Shown here: positions 1 through 11,178 of the stretch, one piece after another
How the letters are laid out: each line of letters begins with the position of its first letter
How positions within the stretch are numbered: position 1 is the first letter of the stretch
DNA from: an uncultured Actinomycetes bacterium
GTDB taxonomy: Bacteria; Actinomycetota; UBA4738; HRBIN12
Assembly (NCBI GenBank): GCA_963744515.1
Contig: CAVUTN010000006.1
Span: 76,280 to 140,279, forward strand
Length of the DNA stretch: 64,000 nt
Direction of reading: 5' to 3'
Notes under the pieces: generated by a model
What the model was told of the DNA's origin: nothing
Databases searched by the model: none
The model's input: the letters and a program-made list of their open reading frames with translations, nothing else
Translations under genes and position numbers: made by a program

Positions 1-610
1 GGGTGGTGGCGGCCGCGATCGCGCCCGCGACGTCCCCGTCGGTGATCAGGTGGACGCGCGCGCCGACCTCGCGGACGCGCGCGATCATGTCGGCATGGCG
101 CTCGCGGTCCAAGATCACGACGCCGATCTCTTCCGGCCTGATGCCCTTGGCCTTGGCGACCAGGCGCACGTTCTCCTCGGGCGACGCGGTGATGTCGATC
201 GCGTCCGCCGCCTCCGGGCCGGTCGCGACCTTCTCCATGTAGACGGCCGCGCCGGGGAAGAACATCGAGCCGCGTTCGGCGAGCGCGATCACCGAGAGCG
301 CGTTCGGCTGTCCGAGGGCGGTCAGGCGGGTCCCGTCGATCGGGTCGACGGCGACGTCGCACGCCGGGCCCTCGCCGGTCCCGACGGACTCGCCGTTGTA
401 GAGCATCGGCGCCTCGTCCTTCTCGCCCTCGCCGATCACGACCACGCCGTCCATCGAGACCGAGTCGATCATCAGGCGCATCGCGTCGACCGCGGCCTGA
501 TCGGCCGCCAGCTTGTCGCCCCGGCCCACCCATCGGCCCGCCGCGAGCGCGGCGGCCTCGGTGACCCGGACGAGCTCCAGCGCGATGTTGCGGTCCGGAC
601 GCTCTTCCAT
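1..610 (-). CDS. glpX: fructose-1,6-bisphosphatase class II (GlpX); C-terminal part lies outside the window
   Basis: Own reverse-strand translation from ATG (complement of 608-610): [74 protein letters not shown]...VDPIDGTRL, a GlpX-type N-terminus. It is open to the window edge, so it is absent from the ORF track. Confidence 0.85.
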   Translation of the reverse strand, partial: MEERPDRNIALELVRVTEAAALAAGRWVGRGDKLAADQAAVDAMRLMIDSVSMDGVVVIGEGEKDEAPMLYNGESVGTGEGPACDVAVDPIDGTRLTALGQPNALSVIALAERGSMFFPGAAVYMEKVATGPEAADAIDITASPEENVRLVAKAKGIRPEEIGVVILDRERHADMIARVREVGARVHLITDGDVAGAIAAATT

Positions 611-671
611 CGCGCGATCCTCTCGATCCGTGCGGTCGTCTGTTCGGTTCTCTGGGGACCTGTTGGCCATC

Positions 672-1682
672 CTACGTGCGCGTTCGCCGCTCGCGCGCGG
701 GCGGGACCAGGCCTCGTTCCTCGCACCACTCCAGCGTCCGCCGGAGCGTCGTTTCCACCGGCGCGTAGCGCAGGCCGAGCTCTCGGGCTGCCTTCGAGCC
801 GTCGTACCGGTGACCGTGGAGCAGCGTCCGAACGGCCTCGGGGCACAGGGTCGCGTCGCGACGGAGCACCCTCGCTACCGCCCCGGCGAGCTCGCCGCCC
901 GCCATCGCGACCCAACCCGGCGCGAACCGCACCCGGCGTGGCAGCCCCCAGATCCGCTCGAGCAGGTCGACCGCCTCGCGCGTGGTCAGGCTCGCGCCCG
1001 AGAGCAGGTACCGCTCGCCCGGCGTCCCGCGGGTCTCGGCCAGGACGTGGCCCCTCGCGCAGTCCTCGATGTCGATCAGCGAGATCGACGTGTCCACCAG
1101 GACCGGGAGCCGCCCGTTCACGACCTCGAGCAGGAGGCGCGCCGAGCCGGTCGCCCGCCCCGGTCCCTGCACCGACGAGGGGTTCACGGACACGACGTCG
1201 ACGGCCAGGGTCCTCGCGAGCTCGAACACCCGCCGTTCGGCCAGGTGCTTGGAACGCTCGTAGTCGGACAGGTACGAGCCTCGGTGCGGCGAGTCCTCCC
1301 GTCCGACCGTGTGCCGTGGTTCGCCGATCGTCGACGAGGAGGAGGTGTAGACGACGCGTCCGACCCGGGCGTCGGCGGCGGCCCGGATCGCGTTGGACGA
1401 GCCCTCGACGTTGGTGCGGATCATCTCGCTCGGATCCCGAAGGCACAGGGCGTTCACGCCGGCGACGTGGAAGACGGTGGAGCACCCGCGCATCGCCTCG
1501 GTCAGCGACCCGAGATCCAGCGCGTCGCCCCGGACCGCCTCCGCCCCGAGCGCGGCGACCGCGTCCTCGGAGTCCTTGGACCGGGCCAGCGCGCGCACGG
1601 CGCGGCCGTCGGCGACGAGGCGTCGCAGGACGGCCCGGCCGACGACGCCGGTCCCGCCGGTGACCAGGACCGGTTCGGTCAC
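672..1682 (-). CDS. NAD-dependent epimerase/dehydratase (extended SDR family)
   Basis: Last 336 aa of track ORF 672..2510, starting at GTG 1682: [18 protein letters not shown] (Rossmann GxxGxxG) and YERSK (YxxxK). GTGA overlap with the pgsA stop. Confidence 0.8.
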   Translation of the reverse strand: MTEPVLVTGGTGVVGRAVLRRLVADGRAVRALARSKDSEDAVAALGAEAVRGDALDLGSLTEAMRGCSTVFHVAGVNALCLRDPSEMIRTNVEGSSNAIRAAADARVGRVVYTSSSSTIGEPRHTVGREDSPHRGSYLSDYERSKHLAERRVFELARTLAVDVVSVNPSSVQGPGRATGSARLLLEVVNGRLPVLVDTSISLIDIEDCARGHVLAETRGTPGERYLLSGASLTTREAVDLLERIWGLPRRVRFAPGWVAMAGGELAGAVARVLRRDATLCPEAVRTLLHGHRYDGSKAARELGLRYAPVETTLRRTLEWCEERGLVPPARERRTRT

Positions 1683-2263
1683 GCGGCCGGGTCGCGCCCG
1701 GTCGTGATCGCGCCGCGGAACCGCAGGACGTACTCGAGCCCCGAGAGCACGGTGATCACGGCGGCCGCGATCATCGCCCACTGATCGAGGTACAGCGGTC
1801 CGATCGGCTCGCCGGGGCGCAGGATCGCGAGGAAGATCGCGAGGAACTGCACGTTGGCCTTCGCCTTGCCCCAGACGGATGGTTGCACGAGGTCGCCGGT
1901 CGAGGCGACCGCGCCCTTCAGGCCGATGATCAAGATCTCGCGGCCGATGATGATCACGGCGATCCAGGGCGAGACCCGTCCGACGACCAGCAGGCCGATC
2001 AGGGCGCCCGCCACGAGCAGCTTGTCGGCCGTCGTATCCAGGAAGTTGCCGAACACGCTCGTCTGCGCCCAGCGCCGGGCCAGCAGCCCGTCGAAGAAAT
2101 CGGTGAGCGCGGCGACCGCGAACAGCACCGCGGCGATCGTGAAGGCCGTGTCGTCGTCGGGTCCGGCGAGGATCAGCGCCAGGATCACCGGGACGAGCGC
2201 CACCCGAGCCCACGTCACGACCTTGAGGAACGCTGCGGCACGGAGGTCGGCGGCGGTGGTCAC
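1679..2263 (-). CDS. pgsA: CDP-alcohol phosphatidyltransferase, PgsA-like
   Basis: Track ORF 1679..2488; the conserved part starts at GTG 2263 (alternative GTG 2308). DFFDGLLARRWAQTSVFGNFLDTTAD matches DGx2ARx8Gx3Dx3D. Several TM segments. Confidence 0.8.
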   Translation of the reverse strand: MTTAADLRAAAFLKVVTWARVALVPVILALILAGPDDDTAFTIAAVLFAVAALTDFFDGLLARRWAQTSVFGNFLDTTADKLLVAGALIGLLVVGRVSPWIAVIIIGREILIIGLKGAVASTGDLVQPSVWGKAKANVQFLAIFLAILRPGEPIGPLYLDQWAMIAAAVITVLSGLEYVLRFRGAITTGRDPAA

Positions 2264-2340
2264 GGCTTCGTCGGCATCGTAGCAGCGCACCTGGCCGAGA
2301 ACGGCCACGTCGGCGGCGTCGCTCGGTGTAGCGTCGGCGT

Positions 2341-3151
2341 GTGGATCGCCGGACGAGGACGACGCTGATCGTGGGTGCGGCGGTGCTGTTCGTGGTCGGC
2401 GTGCTGTTCGGGTTCCTGCTGGGCCGATCGGGCAACGACGAGGAGCTCGCGATCCCGACGCCGAGCCCGGAGGCCACCACGACCGCAACGGGACCCACCG
2501 AGGTGGTCACGCCCTACGCCGGGTGAGGCGCCCGCGATCTCGAGCCGGGGGCAGGTGCTCCGGGAGGGCGACCGGGCGGTGACCGCCGCCCCCACCAGCG
2601 CGACGTGCGCGGCGCTGATCACCCCGGGAACGCTCGGCGACTGCGGCGAGGCGATCGTCGCCGACCAACGCGTCGTGTGGGTCGTCGAACGGGTGGCCAC
2701 CCCGACCGGGGCGGCCGCGTTCTCGGTCAGGATCTCGACGTTCGTCCCGGACGAGAACGGGTGGGTCGTGTGGCTCCAGGCGTCCGACCCCGCCGGCGAA
2801 CGCTGGTCGGACGTGAACGTGGTCGCGGCCGACCTGACGGGCGACGGCGTCCAGGAGCTGCTGGTGGGGTTCCGCTCGATCGGCGAGGACCAGACGCTCG
2901 AGTACGACATCGTCGGGTATTCGGAGAACGCCGTGCCCGAGGTGCTCGCCCATCCCGAGCCCGCGCCCAAGGGCTCGGTGATCGTGTCCGGGGGAACGAT
3001 CCAGGAGTACTCGGCGCAATACCCGAACGCCGAACCCGTCTGCTGTCCCGCGAGCTACCTCCGGCAGTCGATCGCGTTCGTGGACTCGTTCTTCCGCGTG
3101 GTCGATTCGGAGACGGTGGTCATCACCGCGGTCCCGCCCTCGCAGCTGTGA
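2341..3151 (+). CDS. membrane-anchored extracytoplasmic protein, unknown function; apparent +1 frameshift near 2520
   Basis: Track ORF 2341..2526 gives a TM anchor (TLIVGAAVLFVVGVLFGFLLG) plus a Thr/Pro linker. The domain continues in the frame of track ORF 2375..3151 (ADLTGDGVQELLVGF, FG-GAP-like). Codon third positions are GC-rich in both parts. Confidence 0.5.
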
Positions 3152-3169
3152 CTGGCTAGGCTGCGGACC

Positions 3170-4187
3170 GTGGACACGCCGAAGATCGTCACGGTCGACG
3201 ACTACGAGCCGCTGGCGAGGGAGGCCTTGCCGGCCGACGTCTTCGACTACTACGCCGGGGGTGCGGGGGACGAGTGGACCCTGGCGGAGAACCGCCGCGC
3301 GTTCGAGGATTGGGTGATCCGCCCGCGGATGCTGACCGGCGCGTGGCCCGTCGACCCGTCGACGTCCGTGCCGGGCACCGAGATCGCGTTCCCGGTGCTC
3401 GTGGCACCGTGGGCGTACCAGAAGCACGCGCATCCCGACGGCGAACTCGCCACCGCGCGCGCCGCCGCTCGGGCAGGGACGGTCATGGTGGTCTCGAGCA
3501 CCGCGTTCGAGGATCTGGAGGACGTCGCGGCCGCCTCCGGAGCGCCGAAATGGTGGCAGCTGTACGTGTTCACCGACCGCGAGCTGACCGTCGACCTGTT
3601 GCACCGCGTCCACGCCGCGGGGTTCGGCGCGGTCTGCCTCACCGTGGACTTCCCCGACAGCGGGCTGCGCCATCGCGACACCCGCAGCGGGTTCCAGATC
3701 CCGATCGGCCTGCCGTCGGACGAGCACACGTTCGCGCCCGACCTCACGTGGGACGACCTCGCGTGGATGCGCGAGGCCGCCCCCGCGCCGTTGCTCGTCA
3801 AGGGTCTGTATGACGGCCGAGGACGCGCGGCTCGCCGTCGAGGCCGGCGTCGACGCGATCGTCGTCTCGAACCACGGGGGGCGGCAGCTCGATTCGGTCC
3901 ACGCCCCGATCACCGTCCTGCCCGAGATCGTCGAGGCCGTCGAGGGGCGGGTCCCGGTGCTCGTGGACGGCGGGTTCCGCCGGGGGACGGACATCTTCAA
4001 GGCGCTCGCGCTCGGCGCGGCCGCGGTGCTGGTGGGGCGCCCCACGTGCTGGGGGCTCGCGGCCGCGGGCGAGGACGGCGTGGTGGACGTGCTCCGCATC
4101 CTGCGGGCGGAGCTCGAGAACACGATGGTGCTGGCCGGCACGCGGTCGGTCGAGGACATCACGGAGGCCCACGTCGAGCGTGCGTGA
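3170..4187 (+). CDS. FMN-dependent alpha-hydroxy-acid oxidase/dehydrogenase (L-lactate/glycolate oxidase family); +1 frameshift near 3808
   Basis: Track ORFs 3170..4216 ([38 protein letters not shown]...) and 3810..4187 ([27 protein letters not shown]...) join as LLVKGL-MTAEDA if one base is removed from ctgtatg (3806-3812). Confidence 0.85.
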
Positions 4188-4212
4188 CGGCGTTCGCCGC
4201 TCGTCTGCCAGC

Positions 4213-5082
4213 ATGAGCGTCCGCATGCCGCGCATCGACCTGCACACGCACTCGAACCGCTCCGACGGGACCTTCACCCCGGCCGAGGTGATCCGCCTGG
4301 CCGCCGAACGCGACCTGGACGTCGTCGCGCTGACCGACCACGACACGACGGACGGCCTGCCCGAGGCGCTCGCGACCGGGCTCGAGGCCGGCGTCGAGGT
4401 CGTCCCCGGGGTCGAGTTCTCGGCCGAGTACCTCGGCACGAGCGTGCACGTCCTGTGCTACTGGATGGACCCGGAGGACGCCGCCCTGCAGCTCGAGCTC
4501 CGGCGGCTGCGCGAGGACCGCTACCGGCGCGGCGAGCTGATGGTCGAGCGGCTCGGCGCCCTCGGGCTGCCGGTCTCGTTCGAACGCGTCCGCGAGATCG
4601 CCGGCGACGCGACGATCGTCCGCCCGCACATCGCGCAGGCGATGGTCGAGGCCGGCGTCGTGGCCACCGAGAAGGAGGCGTTCGAGCGCTACATCGGCGA
4701 CGGCAGGCCGGCGCACGTCGCCAAGCACGCGCTCGACCCCGTCGACGCCGTGGCGTTGATCGACGGCGCGGGCGGCGTGTGCGCGCTCGCGCACCCGGGG
4801 ATGTGGGGCGACCAGAGCTCGGTCCCGGACGAGCTGATCGAGCGCATGGCGGCCGCCGGCATGCGGGGCCTCGAGGTCGACCACCCCGACCACACCCCGG
4901 AGGCTCGCGAACGCTACCGGTCGCTGGCCGAGCGGCTCGGCCTGATCGCGACCGGCGGCTCGGATTGCCACGGGACCCGCTACGACCCCGTGCGTCTGGG
5001 GAGCACGCTCTGCGACCCGGACGCGTTCGTCGCGCTGCGCGCCGCGGCGCTCCGCGGATCGCCGGCGGCGCCTACCCCGTAG
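4213..5082 (+). CDS. PHP-domain phosphoesterase (TrpH/YciV-like)
   Basis: Track ORF 4180..5082; likely start ATG 4213. IDLHTHSNRSDG, ALTDHDT and GGSDCHG are PHP metal-binding motifs. Confidence 0.8.
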   Translation: MSVRMPRIDLHTHSNRSDGTFTPAEVIRLAAERDLDVVALTDHDTTDGLPEALATGLEAGVEVVPGVEFSAEYLGTSVHVLCYWMDPEDAALQLELRRLREDRYRRGELMVERLGALGLPVSFERVREIAGDATIVRPHIAQAMVEAGVVATEKEAFERYIGDGRPAHVAKHALDPVDAVALIDGAGGVCALAHPGMWGDQSSVPDELIERMAAAGMRGLEVDHPDHTPEARERYRSLAERLGLIATGGSDCHGTRYDPVRLGSTLCDPDAFVALRAAALRGSPAAPTP

Positions 5083-5091
5083 CATCGGCCC

Positions 5092-6408
5092 GTGGCCGGC
5101 AAGCGGATCCTCGTCGTCGGCGCCGGGTTCGCCGGGCTCTACGCGGCGATGCGGCTGCGCCGGGCGGTCGAGCTCGGTCACCGCGTGACGGTGGTCAACC
5201 CCGAGAACTTCATGCTCTACCACCCGTTCCTGCCGGAGGTCGCGTCCGGGCACGATCGACCCTCGCGCCGTGGTCGTGCCGCTCCGACGGGTGCTGCGTC
5301 ACTGCGACGTCGTGATCGGCGAGATCGAACGCGTCGATCACGGCGAGCGGAACGCGCACGTCCGCCTCGCGGACGGCCGCGAGATCGCGCTCGGCTACGA
5401 CGCGGTCGTCCTCGCCCCCGGCTCGTGGGCGCGCGTGCTGCCGATCCCCGGCCTGGCCGAGCACGGGGTCGGGTTCAAGACGGTGCAGGAGGCGATCTGG
5501 CTGCGCAACCACGTGCTGTCGCGGCTCGACGTCGCCTCGGCCACCGACGACCCCGAACGCCGACGGGCCGCGCTCACGTTCGCGTTCGTCGGGGGCGGGT
5601 ACGCGGGGGTGGAGGCGCTCGGCGAGCTCGAGGACCTCGCTCGCGACGCGATGCGAGAGCTACCCGAACCTGCGACCCGAACAGATGCGGTGGATCCTCG
5701 TCGAGGCGACCGGTTCGATCCTGCCCGAGATCGGCTCGGAGCTTGCCGACTACGCGATCGAACGTCTGCGCGCACGCCGGATCGAGGTCCTGCTCGACAC
5801 GAAGCTCGAGTCGGCGGTAGGGCGGCGTGCTCCGCCTGTCCGACGGCCAGGTGTTCCCGGCCGAGACGCTCGTGTGGACCGCCGGCGTGAAGCCGTCGCC
5901 GCTCGCCGCCGAGTCCGGGTTCCCGGTCGACGATGCGGGACGGATCCGGACGGACGCGTACCTGCGGGTCGAGGGCCTCGAGGACGCGTGGGCCGCGGGC
6001 GACGCGGCCGCGGTGCCCGATCTGCTCGTCGGCGGCGTGATGCCCCCGACCGCGCAGCACGGGATGCGGCAGGGCAAGCGCCTGGGGAACAACGTCCTGG
6101 CCGTCCTGCAGGGGCGCCGGCCCGAGCCGTTCGAGTACCGGGCGATCGGGGCGGTCGCCTCGCTCGGCCGCTACAAGGGGGTGGCGATCATCCGGGGAGT
6201 CCGGCTCCGCGGGTTCCCGGCGTGGTTCGCGCACCGCTCGTACCACCTGTACGCGATGCCGACGCTCGGCCGTAAGGTCAAGATCGCCACCGACTGGACG
6301 GTCGCGCTGCTGTTCCCCCGCGATCTCGCGCAGCTCGGCTCGCTGGAGCACCCGCGCGAGCCGTTCGAACGCGCCGCGGGGACGCGCCCTACGGACCGAC
6401 GCGATTGA
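5092..6408 (+). CDS. ndh: type II NADH:quinone oxidoreductase (NDH-2); three +1 frameshifts (about 5255, 5680, 5825)
   Basis: Four track ORFs (5092, 5270, 5685, 5827) in frames 1,2,0,1 read through as one NDH-2: KRILVVGAGFAGLYAA... TFAFVGGGYAGVEALGELEDLA... ETLVWTAGVKPSPL... Confidence 0.85.
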
Positions 6409-6844
6409 CCTCGGCGGCGGCCGAGAGCGCCGAGTGGCTCCGCTCGAGGTCGGGGAGCTCGTGACCCGAGGTGAGCTCGTGCACGGCCCAGTTGGTCAGG
6501 TCGCGGATCGAGATGATGCCCGCGAGCGCGCCGTCCTGCACGACGGGGAGGTGACGGATCTTCAGCCGGGCCATGTGGTCGGCGGCCTCGGCGATGTCCG
6601 TCTTCGGGTCGACCGTGTCCAGGTCGGTGGACATGCGTTCGGACACCGTGGTCGTCTTCGGGTCGCCACCCTCGGCCACCAGGTTGACCAGGTCGCGTTC
6701 GGTCACGATGCCGGCGAGGGTGTCGCCCTCCATGACGATGACCGAGGAGATCCCGTGCTCGCGGAGCACGGTGGCCACCTGCTCGAACGTGTCCGAGGGC
6801 GAGGTCGTCTTCACGTCGGTGTGCATGATGTCGCGGACCTGCAT
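6389..6844 (-). CDS. CBS-domain pair protein
   Basis: Track ORF 6389..6871; start ATG 6844 preceded by GGAGG with an 8-nt spacer. Two CBS repeats (VIVMEGDTLAGIVTERDL, LPVVQDGALAGIISIRDL). Confidence 0.8.
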   Translation of the reverse strand: MQVRDIMHTDVKTTSPSDTFEQVATVLREHGISSVIVMEGDTLAGIVTERDLVNLVAEGGDPKTTTVSERMSTDLDTVDPKTDIAEAADHMARLKIRHLPVVQDGALAGIISIRDLTNWAVHELTSGHELPDLERSHSALSAAAEVNRVGP

Positions 6845-6927
6845 GGCGGCTACCTCCGGTCGGGGGGACACAGCCTAGCGCGTGCCCGTTCGAACCGCCC
6901 GGGCAGCCCGGACCGCCGGTCAGGCCC

Positions 6928-8279
6928 TCAGTGGTCCGAACGCCCGCTGAAGTTGAACGACGAGACCTTGAGGGCGGGGACGCGGCTGGCCGAGAAGAAG
7001 AACTCGCTCGCGAGCTCGGTGTCGCGACCCACCATCTCGGTGCCCTGGAGCGCCTCGATGATCGACTGGGTGAACCGCAGGTTCTTGACCGGGTGGGCGA
7101 TCTCGCCGTCTTCGATCAGGAACGTCCCGTCGCGCGTCATGCCGGTGATCGTCGACTCGACCGGGTGGACGATGTTCGTGTAGTGGAACCGCGTCACGAG
7201 CAGCCCGCGTTCGGTCGACGCGATCATGTCCTGCAGGCCGGCCTCGCCCGGCGCCATGAACAGGTTGAGGGGGAACGGGCCCTCGGGGTTCGGCGGCGGG
7301 AGGGCGTGGCCGGTCGTCGTGGTCCCGGCCTGCTTGGCCGTTCGCAGGTCGTACACGCCCGAGAGGAACACCCCGTCGTCGATCAGATCCACACGCGGAT
7401 CGTGGCACGCCCTCGAAGTCGAACGGCAGACCGAGCGTCCCCTCGGACAGGGCGTCGTCGTAGATCGTCACGATCGGGGCGCGCCACCTGCTGTCCCTGC
7501 TTGCCCGAGAAGCACGAGCGCCCCTCGTGCAGCGACCGCCCGCCGAACCCGATCCACGCCAGGAACCCGACGAGGGTCGAGACGGCCGACGGCTCCAGGA
7601 CGACCGTGTATCGGCCGGGGTCGATGTCGCGCGGCGATCGCGAGGCGATCGCCTTGTCCGCGGCTCGTTTGCCGACGGCCGCGGGGTCGAGCTCGTCCCG
7701 TCCGGCCGCGAACACCTCCGCGAAGCCGCTGCCGCCGTCCGGGCCGGTCACGACCGTCGTCACGGAGGCCTGCGACGACGGCGCCCAGCAGAACTGGCCC
7801 TCGGTGTTGGCGATCGCGACCTCGCTCGCGAGCGTCTCGTACGCGCCGGCCGCCGTGAAGCCCTCCGGGCACATCGCGACGAGCTGCGCGACGGACTCGG
7901 CGCGTTCGGAGGGCGTGGACTGGGCCGCCGACTCGTCGAACGCGTGGTGCTCGGGCGTCGGCGCCGGCGGCGCGAGCCCCGGGAACAGCGGGTCGGGCGC
8001 GACGACGGTCGCCATCTCGAGCGCGCTCTCGGCCGCCCGCAGCGCGCCCTCGGGGGAGAAGTCGTTCGACGCCGTGACGCCGATGCGGCCCTCGGAGACG
8101 ACGCGGACGCGGATCCCCGTGTCCTCGCGGTAGGTGCTCTGGTGGATCGAGCTCGAGGCGAACCGCGTGAGCCCGCCCCACTCGTGCATGAACAGGACCT
8201 CGACGCCGTCCGCGCGCGGCAGGTTCAGGGCCGCGTCCGCGACGCGGCGGACCTCGTCCGGTCCGATGAGACCCGTCAT
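6928..8279 (-). CDS. pmbA: metalloprotease PmbA/TldE; two +1 frameshifts (about 7475 and 7390)
   Basis: Track ORFs 7383..8279, 6920..7471 and 6928..7392 join as ...FSGKQGQQVA-PIVTIYDDALSEGTLGLPFDFEGVPR-VDLIDDGVFLSG... Confidence 0.85.
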
Positions 8280-8306
8280 CGCCTCCCTCGCCCCGTCTCC
8301 GCCGCA

Positions 8307-9749
8307 TCAGCCGCGCACCCCGAGCTGCACGTTCCGGAACCTCGAGGGCGAGGCGCCGTGGCCGACGCGGGCGACCTGGCCGGGCTGCCCCTTGCCGCAG
8401 TTCGGCGTGCCCCACAGCGTCCACTCCTCGCGACCGCCCACCGCGTCGCACGAACCCCAGAACTCGGTCGTGATGCCCGTGTAGTTCGGGTTGCGGTACA
8501 TCGTCGTCAGCCGGCCCTTCTCGATCCGCCAGGCGATCTCGCACCCGAACTGGAAGTTCACGCGGTGGTCGTCGATCGACCACGACGTGTTCGTCGACAT
8601 GAACACCCCGTCGTCGGTGTCGCCGATGATGTCGGCGAGCGAGCCCTCGCGCGGCTCGATCGAGATGTTCGTCATGCGGATCAGCGGGTAGTGCGCCCAC
8701 CCGTCCGCGCGCATCGCCCCGGACGACGTGAGCCCGAGGACGCTCGCGGTCTCGCGGCTCGAGATGAAGTTCTCGAACACCCCGTCGACCAGGATCGGCA
8801 CGCGCTGCGCCGGGACGCCCTCGTCGTCCCACCCGAACGACCCGAGCCCACCGGGGAGCGACGCGTCCGCCGTGATCGAGACGAGCGGGCTCGCGTAGCG
8901 GAGCGAGCCGCGGTCCTCGGGCCGGACGAACGAGGACCCCGCGTACGCCTCCTCCATCCCGAGCACGCGGTCGAGCTCGACCGGGTGCCCGATCGACTCG
9001 TGGATCTGGAGCTCCACCTGCCCCGAGTCGAGCACGAGCGTCGTGACCTCGCTCGGGCACTCCTCGGCCGAGAGCAGCTCGACGGCCTCGGTCGCGGTCC
9101 GCTCGGCCTCCTCGATCAGGCCGAGCTTCTGGATGTGCTCCCAGCCCGCGGCCGAGATGTGGCCGCGGAACGAGTTCGGGAACGAGCGGCGCTGGAGCTC
9201 GCCGTCACCGAGCGCCGTGGCCTCGATCCCGGCGCCGGACTGGACGGTCGTCTGCTCGATCGCGGTGCCCTCGCTCGTGGCGAGGAACGTTCTCCGGCGG
9301 AACAGGTCGATCCCGCCCTCGCCGAACGCCAGCCCGTCGATCGACTGCATCCGCCGGGTCGCCTCCATCAGCATCGCGACCTTCTCCTCGAGCGGGACGT
9401 TGAACGGGTCCACCTGCATCGGGGAGTGCCAGGTGCCGGTCACGGGTTCGACCGGGGCCAGGACGACGGGTTCCATCGGCAGGCGGGCGGCAGCCTCGGC
9501 GATCTCGACCGCGAGCTTGGCGGTGCGCTCGATCTCCTCGGGCTCCCGGCGGGCGGTGGCGGCGAACCCCCAGTACCCGTTCACGAGCACGCGGATCCCG
9601 AGACCCTCGGAGCTCGAACGGTCGATCCCCTCCATCTCCTGGTTCCGGACGGTGATCGACTCGGAGTCGTCGGCCACGACGCGCGCGTCGGCATAGTCGG
9701 CTCCGGCGGCTCTGGCCGCCTCGACGGCCTGCTTCGCGACGTCGAGCAT
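8307..9749 (-). CDS. tldD: metalloprotease TldD
   Basis: Track ORF 8307..10187 from ATG 9749: MLDVAKQAVEAARAAGADYADARV...HESIGHPVELDRV (HExxxH-like)...; intact over 480 aa. Confidence 0.9.
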   Translation of the reverse strand: MLDVAKQAVEAARAAGADYADARVVADDSESITVRNQEMEGIDRSSSEGLGIRVLVNGYWGFAATARREPEEIERTAKLAVEIAEAAARLPMEPVVLAPVEPVTGTWHSPMQVDPFNVPLEEKVAMLMEATRRMQSIDGLAFGEGGIDLFRRRTFLATSEGTAIEQTTVQSGAGIEATALGDGELQRRSFPNSFRGHISAAGWEHIQKLGLIEEAERTATEAVELLSAEECPSEVTTLVLDSGQVELQIHESIGHPVELDRVLGMEEAYAGSSFVRPEDRGSLRYASPLVSITADASLPGGLGSFGWDDEGVPAQRVPILVDGVFENFISSRETASVLGLTSSGAMRADGWAHYPLIRMTNISIEPREGSLADIIGDTDDGVFMSTNTSWSIDDHRVNFQFGCEIAWRIEKGRLTTMYRNPNYTGITTEFWGSCDAVGGREEWTLWGTPNCGKGQPGQVARVGHGASPSRFRNVQLGVRG

Positions 9750-9899
9750 CCGATCGGACCTCCAGGAAGGGCAACGAGTGCTGCGGGGACAGCCTACCCC
9801 GGCGTGCCGGAGGTCGCGTTCGGAGGTGCGGGCGCCGTCTGGGAAGATGCGGCGCCGGGTTCCCGGCGGTCGAGGCCGGCGAACGAGGGAGACCGAGGG

Positions 9900-11105
9900 G
9901 TGAGGGTGCCGACCTACGTCTCGAACGTCACGCTGTTCGACGGCCGGACCGTCAAGCAGCGCGCGGGCGTGTTGCGTCGACGAGGGCCGCGTCGCGTGGG
10001 TGGGCGCGCATGCGCGAGCGCCGCGTTCGGCGCGCGACGCCGATGAGATCGACGGGCGCGGCAGGACCCTGACGCCGGGACTGATCGACTGCCACGTGCA
10101 CCTGTGCTTCGACGGGGGCGCCGACTTCGCCGGCGAGTCGCGCGAGATGACGTCCGATGCCGTCGCCACGGTCAAGGCCGTCCGCAACGCCGCGCGAACG
10201 CTCGATCACGGCGTGACGACGGTGCGGGACCTGGGCGGGCGCGGCGACTCGGTGATCCAGGTGGGCGCTCGGCGTCGAGCGACGGTCTCATCGCCGGGCC
10301 GAGGATCCTGGCGGCCGGCCACGCGCTCACGATCACGGGCGGCCACGGGCACAGCGTCGGGTTCGCCCGCGAGGTCGACGGACCCGACGCGCTCCGGCGC
10401 GCCGTCCGCGAGGAGATCCGCGCCGGCGCGACCGCGATCAAGCTGGTCGCGACCGGCGGCGTGCTGACGCCCGGGATCACCCACGACTTCACGGCGTTCA
10501 CGCAGGAGGAGCTCGACGCCGCGGTCGACGAGGCGCACTCGTGGGGCCGCGTCGTCGGCGCGCACGCGATCGGGCCCGAGGGCATCATCCGGGCGGTCCG
10601 CGCCGGGGTCGACTCGATCGAGCACGGCTCGATGCTCTCGGCCGAGGGAGCCCGGCTGATGAAGGAGCGCGGCGACGTTCCACGTGCCGACGATCTCGGC
10701 GATCCGCGGCATCGTCGACCATGCGGACGAGGTGCCGGCGTACGCGGTCGAGAAGGCGACGGCGCTCGTCGAGCTCGCGCGCGAGGGGTTCCGGCGTTCG
10801 CTCCGCGGCGGCGTGCAGGATCGCGTGCGGGACCGACGCCGGGACGCCGTTCAACCCGCACGGCAACACGCTGTTCGAGATCGTCCGCATGGTCGAGTGG
10901 GGGATGACGCCGCTCCAGGCGATGCGCATCGGCCACGTCGAACGCGGCCGCGCTGCTACGGCTCGACGACGTCGGTGTGGTGGCCGAGGGCGCGGCCGCG
11001 GACCTGGTGCTGTTCGGCGCGAACCCGCTCGAGGACATCAAGGCGGTGCTCGAACCCGCCCTCGTGCTCAAGGGCGGCGAGATCGTGGCCGGCTCCGCCT
11101 CCTAG
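9900..11105 (+). CDS. amidohydrolase-family metal-dependent hydrolase; about six +1 frameshifts
   Basis: Pieces in frames 0,1,2,0,1,2,0: VSNVTLFDGR / LTPGLIDCHVHLCFDGG...VTTVRDLGG / ALGVER / GLIAGPRILAAGHALTITGGHGH...AIKLVATGGV...VGAHAIG...SIEHGS / PTISAI.. / GTDAGTPFNPHG...EIVRMVEWGMTP / DDVGVVAEGAAADLVLFGANPLEDI..., ending at TAG 11103-11105. Confidence 0.75.
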
Positions 11106-11178
11106 GCACGCACCGAGGTCGTCGCCACAGGTTTTGTCACTCCCGGTCCCTACGCTGCTCGGAACCAAGGAGGAGTCG

